Virus record (IMG/VR): IMGVR_UViG_3300036768_000196
Location: 1-54,069 of that record
DNA from: a virus
Lineage: Duplodnaviria; Caudoviricetes
Reading direction: 5' to 3' (one strand)
Length of the DNA: 54,069 nucleotides
Shown in pieces: positions 37,949 through 46,457 of the stretch. The notes under the pieces are model-generated. The model made no database searches and was not told where the DNA came from. It saw only the letters and a list, made by a program, of their open reading frames with translations. The stretch's first letter is position 1. Every line of letters begins with the position of its first letter. Both the position numbers and the translations under genes were made by a program.

Positions 37949-38293
37949 ATGGCTATCTATATTTGTAACGAATTCTCTCTGTCTATGTTGGACAGAGAAA
38001 CCCAGCTTGAGGAAACACGAGAAGGGTGCGGGCGTGCTCCCATACCTATCAGCGCAGACACGGTGCGCCTAATGTTGAATACTGTGTGGACGCCGATTAT
38101 ATCGGCGGTAAGGCACGCCGACACTGCCAGAATCTTCTCTGTCATCCTAGGTTACCAAATCGAGGCAAACCGGGTGAGTGTTAAGCTCTACCGTGACGAT
38201 AAAGCTATCGTAGGCCTGTATGTAGGACCAAAGATTCCCAAAGGTGCTACTGCCCTCCCAGAGGGGGCAACCATCGAGTGGTGGCTAATATAA
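37949..38293 (+). CDS. DUF1874/STIV B116/YddF family protein (AcrIII-1 ring-nuclease homolog)
   Basis: NEFSLSML, ISAVRHADTA, NRVSVKL and GPKIPKGATALPEG match the family motifs NAFS, GH, NR and RLxEG. Confidence 0.8.
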   Translation: MAIYICNEFSLSMLDRETQLEETREGCGRAPIPISADTVRLMLNTVWTPIISAVRHADTARIFSVILGYQIEANRVSVKLYRDDKAIVGLYVGPKIPKGATALPEGATIEWWLI

Positions 38294-38311
38294 TTAACCT
38301 CTCTTTTCTGT

Positions 38312-38339
38312 AGTCCACCAATCGGTGGACTTTTTTTTT
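38312..38339 (+). terminator. Intrinsic terminator
   Basis: AGTCCACC-AATC-GGTGGACT followed by a T run. Confidence 0.8.
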
Positions 38340-38361
38340 CTCCAAAGAAAGGAGATTTCCA

Positions 38362-38781
38362 ATGGAAAAGAAATACGTGCTCACTGACGAAACACGGATT
38401 GTCGAAGGAAAAACCTTGTACCGCATTAAAGCGTTGCGTGATTTCGGTAACGTCAAGGCAGGGCAATTAGGTGGATGGGTTGAGAATGAATTGAACCTAT
38501 CACAACTAGGAAACTGCTGGATCGCTGATGATGCATGTGTATATGATAGAGCAACCGTATCAGACGATGCTCAGGTTAGTGATAAAGCGAACATCAAGGA
38601 ATTTGCTCACGTTTTTGAAAACGCAAAAATTTTTGGAAATGTGTATTTGAAAAATAATGTAAGGGTATTCGGAAACGCAAAAATATCTGGAAAATGTTTT
38701 TTACTTGATGAGGTACAAGTATCCGGTGATGCACATATCACCGGAAAAACATTCATCATGGGACGTGCTCTTATTTCGTAA
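38362..38781 (+). CDS. Phage hexapeptide-repeat (beta-helix) protein
   Basis: KYVLT...LYRIKALRDFG.VKAG.LGGWVE.E.NLSQ.GNCW plus VxxNAx repeats. Confidence 0.8.
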   Translation: MEKKYVLTDETRIVEGKTLYRIKALRDFGNVKAGQLGGWVENELNLSQLGNCWIADDACVYDRATVSDDAQVSDKANIKEFAHVFENAKIFGNVYLKNNVRVFGNAKISGKCFLLDEVQVSGDAHITGKTFIMGRALIS

Positions 38782-38786
38782 TCCAA

Positions 38787-39005
38787 ATGATCAAAGCGAT
38801 TCGTGAACAACGTGACGTAGCAGCACAGGCCCTTAATAAGCTCCGACAATTAGCATCCTCGATGGCGAAGTCTAGTTCGGACCCTCACCATAGAGCAGTA
38901 GCTAGGGCCTATGCCAGTGCGTCTCTGGCAGCTTTAGGAGAAATTTCGAGCGACGCAATTCTCGAAATACTCCAAACGTCTGACGAAGACGAATTTGATT
39001 CCTAA
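38787..39005 (+). CDS. Hypothetical protein
   Basis: ORF in the early operon. Confidence 0.55.
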   Translation: MIKAIREQRDVAAQALNKLRQLASSMAKSSSDPHHRAVARAYASASLAALGEISSDAILEILQTSDEDEFDS

Positions 39006-39026
39006 AACCAGAAAGGAAAAAGCAAA

Positions 39027-39227
39027 ATGAGATACTTCCCAATCGAAATGATCCAGAACGGCAATAAGTTCCTAGAAAGGAACTTATTTCTCGGAGGCAC
39101 TCCCCACCTGAAACGGGCAGAATCTGTACTGAAAAAGAAAACAGTAAATGGATACATCACAGATGAGAATAGAAAAATAGTTCTCGTACTTTCAGGAGGC
39201 ACTGTGATTTTCAAAAAAGAAATTTGA
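39027..39227 (+). CDS. Hypothetical protein
   Basis: SD AAGGA; ORF in the operon. Confidence 0.55.
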   Translation: MRYFPIEMIQNGNKFLERNLFLGGTPHLKRAESVLKKKTVNGYITDENRKIVLVLSGGTVIFKKEI

Positions 39228-39245
39228 AGAAGGGAGTAGCAAAAA

Positions 39246-39536
39246 ATGAGTGTTACAAAATACTTCAGAGAATTTCTCTGGCTCGTTTGTCAACAAGGAT
39301 TACAGGATCTCCCTGAATTCATGGAATCTATCAGGGTAGCTGAAGCAATAGGTAGAGGAATAGATAACTCAGCGAGAAGGCTGGAATTCTTTTCACATGC
39401 CACAAAAGATTTGATGGAAGGTAGAAAAATAGAATACCTTCCTGATGACCTACTCTGGATATTACATCGTCTCCCTATTACTACTTACGGAGGGGAAAGT
39501 ACAGTTTTGTGGGATGTTCTGGTAGGACGCATTTAG
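39246..39536 (+). CDS. Hypothetical protein
   Basis: SD GGGAG; ORF in the operon. Confidence 0.6.
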   Translation: MSVTKYFREFLWLVCQQGLQDLPEFMESIRVAEAIGRGIDNSARRLEFFSHATKDLMEGRKIEYLPDDLLWILHRLPITTYGGESTVLWDVLVGRI

Positions 39537-39544
39537 GAACAAGA

Positions 39545-39621
39545 GGGCCGTTAGCTTAATCGGTTAGAGCAGCCGACTCATAATCGGCGGGTTACAGGTT
39601 CGAATCCTGTACGGCCCACCA
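39545..39621 (+). tRNA. tRNA with CAT anticodon, probably tRNA-Ile2 (lysidine)
   Basis: Full cloverleaf; GGGCCGT/ACGGCCC acceptor stem; anticodon loop CTCATAA; TTCGAAT T-loop; encoded CCA; C4-G69 and C5-G68 pairs typical of TilS substrates. Confidence 0.93.
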
Positions 39622-39639
39622 TTCACCAAGGAGACAATC

Positions 39640-39711
39640 ATGAAAACGGGGCTTGTACTGTTGCTAACTTTAGCCGTTTGGTTTGTAATTTTGTTCTTAA
39701 TGACTTTTTAG
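39640..39711 (+). CDS. 23-aa hydrophobic peptide
   Basis: SD AAGGAG; MKTGLVLLLTLAVWFVILFLMTF. Confidence 0.55.
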   Translation: MKTGLVLLLTLAVWFVILFLMTF

Positions 39712-39724
39712 AAAGGAGTAAATC

Positions 39725-40027
39725 ATGACTCAGGAAAACAAAATCACAATCAATGGTGTTGAATATGTGCGTGCTGATTCAAAGCCATCCGGCAACCGTG
39801 CTGTTGTGGTTGTAGACCGTGGTTGGATTTTTGCAGGGGATGTAACACGAAAGGATGGACGTATCTACTTGTCAAACGCTGTGTGGGTGTTCCGTTGGTC
39901 TTCTGTAGGGTTCGACGGAGTGATTCGAAATCCAAAAGACGCAGAAATTCGAAAAATAGATGATGTAGACATTCCCGCTCACAGCGAAGTGTTTTCCGTT
40001 CCAGTTCACGACAAATGGGGGCTTTAA
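39725..40027 (+). CDS. Phage protein with Sm-like pattern (DUF6948-like)
   Basis: VVVDRGWIFAG...LSNA.W.FRW; upstream of a Gly-rich ORF. Confidence 0.65.
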   Translation: MTQENKITINGVEYVRADSKPSGNRAVVVVDRGWIFAGDVTRKDGRIYLSNAVWVFRWSSVGFDGVIRNPKDAEIRKIDDVDIPAHSEVFSVPVHDKWGL

Positions 40028-40314
40028 TGCTACCAGTTGGTGATAATGATGAAGATGTTGGAGGCCGTGGTGACGGGTACGGCTATGGCTACTACGACGG
40101 CATGGGTTTTGGATGTGGTTACAGTTGCGGGGACGGCTACGGCTATGGCTATGGTGTCAGAAATGGCAGCGGATACGGAGATGGTGATGGATACGGAAAC
40201 GGACACGGCGATGGTACTGGCTTCGCCAACTGTCATGGTGGATGCTACTACGATGGCTCAGGTAGAGGCTTCGGTAATGCAGGACGAGTTAAAGGATTAG
40301 TTGGTGTAAAATAA
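40027..40314 (+). CDS. Gly/Tyr/Asp-rich low-complexity protein
   Basis: GDGYGYG repeats; TAATG overlap with the upstream stop. Confidence 0.7.
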   Translation: MLPVGDNDEDVGGRGDGYGYGYYDGMGFGCGYSCGDGYGYGYGVRNGSGYGDGDGYGNGHGDGTGFANCHGGCYYDGSGRGFGNAGRVKGLVGVK

Positions 40315-40331
40315 AAAGTGGGATTAGCGCT

Positions 40332-40706
40332 ATGGCTAACTTTAGCCTTTTGGTTGATCGTGATATTTTTGATGACATTCTTAGGATGGGCAGGAAAATA
40401 ACGCAAAAAATGGTCGGTCAACAAAGGCACGTGGCCATCGCGTTAAAAAAGAACAAGATAATCTCGGTTGGGATGAACTCGTATGTAAAAACGCATCCCA
40501 AGCAAGCTTATTTTGCAAAGTTAGCAGGCCAAGACAAAAGGCAATTTCTCCATGCAGAAGTGGACGCATTGATTCGCGGAGCAGATGCGGACACTCTTAT
40601 CGTGCTCCGGTTTTCCAAGAAAGGAGAATTACGCAACGCGAAACCCTGTCCTGTTTGCATGGAAGCTATTAAGGCTTCCAAAGTTAAGTGTGTCATCCAT
40701 TCATAG
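40332..40706 (+). CDS. Zinc-dependent cytidine/dCMP deaminase-like protein
   Basis: HAEVDAL...PCPVC. Confidence 0.85.
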   Translation: MANFSLLVDRDIFDDILRMGRKITQKMVGQQRHVAIALKKNKIISVGMNSYVKTHPKQAYFAKLAGQDKRQFLHAEVDALIRGADADTLIVLRFSKKGELRNAKPCPVCMEAIKASKVKCVIHS

Positions 40707-40715
40707 GAGCAAAAA

Positions 40716-40907
40716 ATGCCAGGAATCAATGTGGAAGGAGTTGAGTTTTTTGTTGTCAGCAGGGGAATCGTGGATGTATTCACGAAAACCGGATGGGATC
40801 ATTGGTCACGTTTCAAATGGACCAAGGAAGGTCCAAAACTTATTGGTGGCCTTCCCGTGACCAAAAATGAGTACCATGTCGTGAAAAACTTCATGAAGAA
40901 TATGTAA
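40716..40907 (+). CDS. Hypothetical protein
   Basis: SD AGGAG. Confidence 0.65.
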   Translation: MPGINVEGVEFFVVSRGIVDVFTKTGWDHWSRFKWTKEGPKLIGGLPVTKNEYHVVKNFMKNM

Positions 40908-40908
40908 T

Positions 40909-41559
40909 ATGTGCTACCTGTATACATCCACAAAAGATAAACCTATGCACTTCGTTGAGCGTATCTGTGCTGGAGGTGTCTTTGGGAATTTGGTGAAAGA
41001 AAAGAAATTAAAGTATGTAGGTTTCAAGAACAAATTTATCTCGGAAAGGCATAATGTCATTGTCGATTGGCTCGAAACAATAGAAAAAGCATTTGAAATA
41101 AAAGTTATAAAAATAGAACAAGCCGACGAAGAACCTGAATTTGAAGACGTGAAAAAGAAAAAATTCAATGGTTATGTATGGGAATTTCCTGAACATAACT
41201 ACAAATGGAACATTATGCACTTGGCTGTGCTGTTAGCCAGACAGCCAGTGGAAAATGAATCCAGTGTAGGAATAAAAAACGAAAATAATGTCAAAAATCC
41301 ACTGAGACTTACAGGAGAAAAACCTAAAGATCCTTTAGGTAAATTTCTTGTCCTGACAAACGAAGAATTGTTTGATCGTGCTGCTGTACACGGATTATCA
41401 CTCTTTAACTTCGCAAGAAGTGCAAAAGGATACAGTTTACACTCATTCAAGCTTGATAAAGCGATCGAAGATCTTAGGAATAAAACGGATATGCTTATAA
41501 ATGATGCAGCAAATTTGGGTGTAATTTTTGCCGGTTATTCTCCAAGAAAAGGACAATAA
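40909..41559 (+). CDS. Hypothetical protein
   Basis: 216-aa ORF leading into the ligase cluster. Confidence 0.65.
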   Translation: MCYLYTSTKDKPMHFVERICAGGVFGNLVKEKKLKYVGFKNKFISERHNVIVDWLETIEKAFEIKVIKIEQADEEPEFEDVKKKKFNGYVWEFPEHNYKWNIMHLAVLLARQPVENESSVGIKNENNVKNPLRLTGEKPKDPLGKFLVLTNEELFDRAAVHGLSLFNFARSAKGYSLHSFKLDKAIEDLRNKTDMLINDAANLGVIFAGYSPRKGQ

Positions 41560-41560
41560 A

Positions 41561-42124
41561 ATGTCTGCACTGTTTTTATGGGGAGGTGAAGACATTTCCC
41601 CATCCCTATACGGACAAAAACCTGTGCATACCAATGCACCGGCTAAACCTTCTCAACGTGACTTAAAAGAGATCAAGCTAATCAATGAAGCTGTAAAAAG
41701 TCAACGTCCTATTATCGGCATCTGTCGTGGCGCTCAACTTCTTTGTGTAATTCACGGCGGAAAACTTTGGCAGCATGTAGAAAAGCATGCCGGCACTGTT
41801 CCGCATGAACTAGAATTAAAGCTAAAAGATGGAGTAGAAAAAGTTTATTCTAACTCCACACATCATCAGATGATGATCCCTGACGAGGATGCAGAAATCA
41901 TCGCTACTACTACAGAACCTTTGTATCCTTACCGATGGAGTGAAGACAAAAATCCTGTAAAGGTAGTGGATAAAGATGTCGAAATTCTGTATCTACCTAG
42001 ACTAAACGCGCTTGCAATTCAGGCACATCCAGAATGGATGCCAAAGAATTGCAAATTCAACCAAATGCTTCGTCAACTTGTAGAGGAGAAATTCAATGGT
42101 GAAGTATCCCTCCCTTGGCTGTGA
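41561..42124 (+). CDS. Class I glutamine amidotransferase/peptidase C26
   Basis: GGEDI.P.LYG, GICRGAQ and QAHPE catalytic triad. Confidence 0.9.
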   Translation: MSALFLWGGEDISPSLYGQKPVHTNAPAKPSQRDLKEIKLINEAVKSQRPIIGICRGAQLLCVIHGGKLWQHVEKHAGTVPHELELKLKDGVEKVYSNSTHHQMMIPDEDAEIIATTTEPLYPYRWSEDKNPVKVVDKDVEILYLPRLNALAIQAHPEWMPKNCKFNQMLRQLVEEKFNGEVSLPWL

Positions 42125-42884
42125 TCCGGAATGGTTCCTTCAAACCGAAGATGGAAAAGTAGTCTCAGCAATTGGAAAGATCGGAGGCACCAAGCAAGAA
42201 CCTCGTGTTTTGTTTACTGAGAAAATCCGAGGAAAAGAATTCCCTTTTTGCGTTCAGGAAGACAACGTCCTGCTTGAATACAACATCCCACCAGCTACAT
42301 GCAAAAGTGAGTGGCTCGATTTCAATCTGCTAATCCAAAGCAAGATTAAAGAGGAACTTCAAAAACAGGGGCTTAAGCCACTCATCGTTCCTTCTTATAT
42401 CATGCCAAAAGAGGAGATGAATAATCCGTTCGCTTGGGTATTTGGGTGCGATCCTGATTACAACGCATGGACACGTAAACCAAATCCTAATCCAGCATCA
42501 CAAAACAAGTTCCTTAGGTCTGCTGGAGGACATATCCACATTGGATTCAAGGGAAACAAAGAGGACAAGATACGGTTCGTGAAACTACTGGACCTTTTCC
42601 TAGATGCACCTTTGATGCTAATGGATAAGGATCGGCGCAGGCAGGAGCTTTACGGTAGACCGGGTGCGTTCCGATTCAAGCCGTATGGTCTAGAATACAG
42701 GACGCCAAGTAATTTCTGGACGCAGAGTTTGCAGACAATGGAGATGGTATACAACTGCGTCATGACGGCTTGGGAAAACTTCTACAAGTTAGAAGTTCCT
42801 GATGAAGTTCAGCAGATTCTCCTGCGAGGAAATGACGAAGAAATCTCTGAGATGGTAAATAAATATGTATACTCATCCCTATAA
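42096..42884 (+). CDS. phiEco32-like COOH-NH2 ligase type 2
   Basis: LGCDPE.F, QEDNV..E, GCDPDYNAW, RSAGGHIHIG and EYRTPSNFW. Confidence 0.9.
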   Translation: MVKYPSLGCDPEWFLQTEDGKVVSAIGKIGGTKQEPRVLFTEKIRGKEFPFCVQEDNVLLEYNIPPATCKSEWLDFNLLIQSKIKEELQKQGLKPLIVPSYIMPKEEMNNPFAWVFGCDPDYNAWTRKPNPNPASQNKFLRSAGGHIHIGFKGNKEDKIRFVKLLDLFLDAPLMLMDKDRRRQELYGRPGAFRFKPYGLEYRTPSNFWTQSLQTMEMVYNCVMTAWENFYKLEVPDEVQQILLRGNDEEISEMVNKYVYSSL

Positions 42885-43416
42885 ACCTCAGTTTAATCTC
42901 CCAGTGAATGGAGATTCAATTAATGATCTCGTAAGAAAATGGGGAGACTCTTTTTCTTGTGTTTATACCGATAAAGAATTTCTATTCGGATTCATCTCAT
43001 CTTTAGATGATTTAATAGTAAATTTGTGGAAAAAGGATGGCGGAAAGTTTTTATCAACAAAGGCAAAACCAACTTATTTCTATTTTCCATCGTGTTTATT
43101 TCCACACAGTAACTACATATATTTCCTACAAAGGAAAAACGAAAATGTATTCAAAGTAGGAATCAGTTCATTAAACTATAATCTCTTTTATTACGATAAA
43201 AGAGAAAAGAAATTTCTATATGATTCGGTAGAAGGTAATCCCGCATTATTCAGTTATGCTTCATTCATCACTAGCGGAATGGAGCATGAAAACATATGTG
43301 GTAATTTCTGTTATATTGACGGAAAACTTTTCTATAAAAATGATGAAGTTTCCCCTAGACTATTTCATTTAGTTCCTAAATTCATTCTCAACAAGTGGGG
43401 ACTAAAATGCCCATAG
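42865..43416 (+). CDS. Hypothetical protein
   Basis: AT-rich ORF inside the ligase cluster. Confidence 0.6.
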   Translation: MYTHPYKPQFNLPVNGDSINDLVRKWGDSFSCVYTDKEFLFGFISSLDDLIVNLWKKDGGKFLSTKAKPTYFYFPSCLFPHSNYIYFLQRKNENVFKVGISSLNYNLFYYDKREKKFLYDSVEGNPALFSYASFITSGMEHENICGNFCYIDGKLFYKNDEVSPRLFHLVPKFILNKWGLKCP

Positions 43417-44219
43417 TTTATGAAATTTATAGCCACGCTGAGGATGTAGAAACAAAATTGTATCCTCAGATCGAATATGGAAGGAAAAAATTTCCCGGAT
43501 TGAAAACCTATATGGGGTGGGTGTCTAACCCAATAGGTATTGAAATTGAAATAGAGGGATACAAATTCATTGACCCAATGCTGAAAAATGAACCACTCTT
43601 CTACTGGAAGACGATAAAGGATGGTTCTTTAAGGGATGGAATAGAGTTCTGCTCGATTCCCCTTGTCAGCAGCGGAATTGATTATGCATTGGCAGAAATC
43701 GAGCCATTCCTTGCCCAATGCAGAGTTTCTCACAGAACCGGGATTCACGTTCACAATAATGTTTCAAGGCTAACAAAAGAAAAACTTTATCTTCTGTTTG
43801 CATATTATATTCTTTTTGAAGAAGAATTCTTTGGATTCGTAGATCCTTTAAGAAAAGCAAATCCTTATTGTGTTCCTGTAATTGGACTTGATGTAGGAAT
43901 CTCCCCGAAGAAATACTTTGCTTTTGACATGATGGAATCACTAAATAACTACAGGACAGTAGAATTCCGTCATTTGGAAACAACCCATGATGTAAGGAAA
44001 ATACGGAGGTTTTTACAACTTGTAACAAAGCTGCATAGGTTCATTCATATCAATGAAGTTAAAAAGCTTATAAACATTTTGAACTCGATTGAAGATCAAT
44101 CAGAATATGAAAAGCTTTTAGACAAAGTCTTCGGTAAAACAGCCAGCTTCTTGAAAAAAACTCTCTGCCCAGACAATCTGTTTTATGCTAGGTTCATAGC
44201 ATATAAACTCTCCCGCTGA
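43407..44219 (+). CDS. Putative amidoligase (COOH-NH2 ligase)
   Basis: IGIEIEIE, DGSLR..IEF, RTGIHVH and TVEFRH. Confidence 0.85.
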   Translation: MPIVYEIYSHAEDVETKLYPQIEYGRKKFPGLKTYMGWVSNPIGIEIEIEGYKFIDPMLKNEPLFYWKTIKDGSLRDGIEFCSIPLVSSGIDYALAEIEPFLAQCRVSHRTGIHVHNNVSRLTKEKLYLLFAYYILFEEEFFGFVDPLRKANPYCVPVIGLDVGISPKKYFAFDMMESLNNYRTVEFRHLETTHDVRKIRRFLQLVTKLHRFIHINEVKKLINILNSIEDQSEYEKLLDKVFGKTASFLKKTLCPDNLFYARFIAYKLSR

Positions 44220-44226
44220 GACAAAA

Positions 44227-45456
44227 ATGTGCGGAATTTACGGAATCATTTCAAAGAACGGAACGGAGATCAACAAAGATGCCCTATATCAAATGGGGCT
44301 TCTTTCTGCATTACGGGGCACTGACAGCACCGGGCTATGCCTAATCAAAAAGAATGGTGATGCTCGAATCATCAAAACTATTGGCCCTGTAATGAACCTG
44401 TATTATGAAAAGGGCTGGAAAAAATTCGAAGAAGAATTTAAAGATGCAGTAGCAGTGTTTGGTCACTGCCGTTATGCCACCGTCGGAGATGTAGATAAAA
44501 AGAATGCACAGCCTCTTGTAAATGGCAACCTGATTCTATTGCATAACGGAACACTTACAGCAGTCAAAACAGAAAAAGGAGAATCAGACTCTACTGTTTT
44601 CTGTAAGAAAATAAAGGAAATGGGAGTGAAGGATGCCGTAAAATCTACCGCAGGTTCTATGGCAATCGTTACGTATGACTTGAATGACAAGAAAGTTACT
44701 TTCTACAGGAATTATCAAAGGCCATTATCGTATGCAAACACACAAAACTTTATTTATGTAATGTCAGAAAGGTCTGCTTTAGAGTATCTGTTTACCAGAA
44801 ATAATATCAGATTCGATGATAAATCTGACTTCGATGGTTATACTTTATATCATTTGGATATTAATAATCCTGCTGCTGGAATAGAAAAAGGTGATGATCT
44901 TTATGTCTCTGTAACAAGAAGGGAAAGCCATACAAATTTTTTTCCAGTTTTTGGAAAAGGTTTTTGGAATGACCTTTCCCCTCATTACAAGGAAGGTGGA
45001 GAAATAAACTTCATCGTTGAAAGCTTGTTTGAAAGTTCACAGAAAGGACAATATGTCTATATGTGCAGCGATGAAGATAACAGGCGTATTTTCTTTAAGA
45101 CAGACAAGAAGATTGATTCATTACTAGGTAAGATTGGAACAGGAGAATGTTGCAGCGTAGTAAAACATAACAACAGCTTCATGTATCAAGTAAAATACCG
45201 GACCATCAAATGGGATGATGAAAAACCAGACGACGATGAAGATGAAGTAGTCACTCTGGATGAATTAATTCCAAGAAAACAGTGGCTTGAGCTAGTCAAG
45301 AAAGAAGAATGCTCTGGCTGCAATAGGTCAATTCTCCTTGATGAGCATTACAACACGATGGTTTGGGAAGATGTAAAAGGGAAATGGCATCTCCTTTGCG
45401 GAGATTGTTATAATCGTAGCACTCCAGTTGCAAGTAACGAAAGGGTATTCACATGA
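44227..45456 (+). CDS. Class II (Ntn) glutamine amidotransferase with a C-terminal Cys-rich region
   Basis: MCGIYG, RGTDSTG, GHCRYAT, HNGT and DS; C-terminal CSGC...CGDC. Confidence 0.9.
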   Translation: MCGIYGIISKNGTEINKDALYQMGLLSALRGTDSTGLCLIKKNGDARIIKTIGPVMNLYYEKGWKKFEEEFKDAVAVFGHCRYATVGDVDKKNAQPLVNGNLILLHNGTLTAVKTEKGESDSTVFCKKIKEMGVKDAVKSTAGSMAIVTYDLNDKKVTFYRNYQRPLSYANTQNFIYVMSERSALEYLFTRNNIRFDDKSDFDGYTLYHLDINNPAAGIEKGDDLYVSVTRRESHTNFFPVFGKGFWNDLSPHYKEGGEINFIVESLFESSQKGQYVYMCSDEDNRRIFFKTDKKIDSLLGKIGTGECCSVVKHNNSFMYQVKYRTIKWDDEKPDDDEDEVVTLDELIPRKQWLELVKKEECSGCNRSILLDEHYNTMVWEDVKGKWHLLCGDCYNRSTPVASNERVFT

Positions 45457-46184
45457 TTATCGTACCATATAGTTGGCATTCCAAGTCTGTATGGAAACTG
45501 GCAGAAGAGCTGAATTTCTGGCTAGTATCCAGAAAAGAAATGGTTACCGAAAAAGGAATCAATTGGGGATGTAGCAAATTATGGATTGAAAACCCAGGTC
45601 TGGTGCTAAATAAGGATTATGCAGTTGAACGCGCAGTGTTTAAGAAAAAGTTATATTCCATTCTAGAACAGAATGGTATTCCTGCCGTAGAAAGCACAGA
45701 CGACAAAGAAGTAGCAAAAAGATGGCTTGACGAAGACAACATCGTATTTGCAAGAAAAGACGGATTGTCAAAAGGCAAAGGAATCAAAATCTTACATCAA
45801 GGAGATGAAGTACCCGAAGCAGACTTCTATACAAAATATATCCAAAAGAGAAAAGAGTTTAGGATCCATTGCACTAAATTCGACGTGTTCGATATAACCC
45901 AGAAGAAGCGAAAGCGGGATGAAAAACAAAATGAATTCATTAGAAACAGAAAGAATGGATGGATCTTTGCCAGACAAGATCTAAAGATCCCTAACAATAT
46001 TGAGGATCTGGCACTTAAAACAATTAAAGCACTAGAGCTTGATTTTGGTGCAGTAGATATAATCTATGATCTGGATGCAAAAAAGTTAAAGGTGCTGGAA
46101 GTAAATACTGCGCCGGGTCTGGAAGGGACTACCCTTCTTAAATATGTAGAAATGTTCAAAAACCATCCTCACTTTGCGGAGTAA
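45453..46184 (+). CDS. ATP-grasp ligase (RimK-like)
   Basis: INWG, GKGI, EFRIH, LDFGAVDII and LEVNTAPG. Confidence 0.9.
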   Translation: MIIVPYSWHSKSVWKLAEELNFWLVSRKEMVTEKGINWGCSKLWIENPGLVLNKDYAVERAVFKKKLYSILEQNGIPAVESTDDKEVAKRWLDEDNIVFARKDGLSKGKGIKILHQGDEVPEADFYTKYIQKRKEFRIHCTKFDVFDITQKKRKRDEKQNEFIRNRKNGWIFARQDLKIPNNIEDLALKTIKALELDFGAVDIIYDLDAKKLKVLEVNTAPGLEGTTLLKYVEMFKNHPHFAE

Positions 46185-46187
46185 GCT

Positions 46188-46457
46188 ATGCAACCAAGAA
46201 TGGTATACATCAGCGAAAAACATTATCAACATCTCCAGAAAATTAAAGAACAGAAGGAAAATACAAAAGGAGTGAATTTAAACGAAGTTCTTATGCTGCT
46301 GAATAAGGCAGCAACTGCAATGGGAGTAGATACGTCATATATTCCCAAGAGAATAATCAAACGTAAAAAATCAGAAAAAGCGGCTGAACTACTGAACGTG
46401 TTCTGTTCAGTGATCCTTTCCGCCAAAGCAAACGTCGATCCTGTAGAAGAAGATTAA
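46188..46457 (+). CDS. Hypothetical protein
   Basis: ORF between the ligase cluster and primase. Confidence 0.6.
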   Translation: MQPRMVYISEKHYQHLQKIKEQKENTKGVNLNEVLMLLNKAATAMGVDTSYIPKRIIKRKKSEKAAELLNVFCSVILSAKANVDPVEED

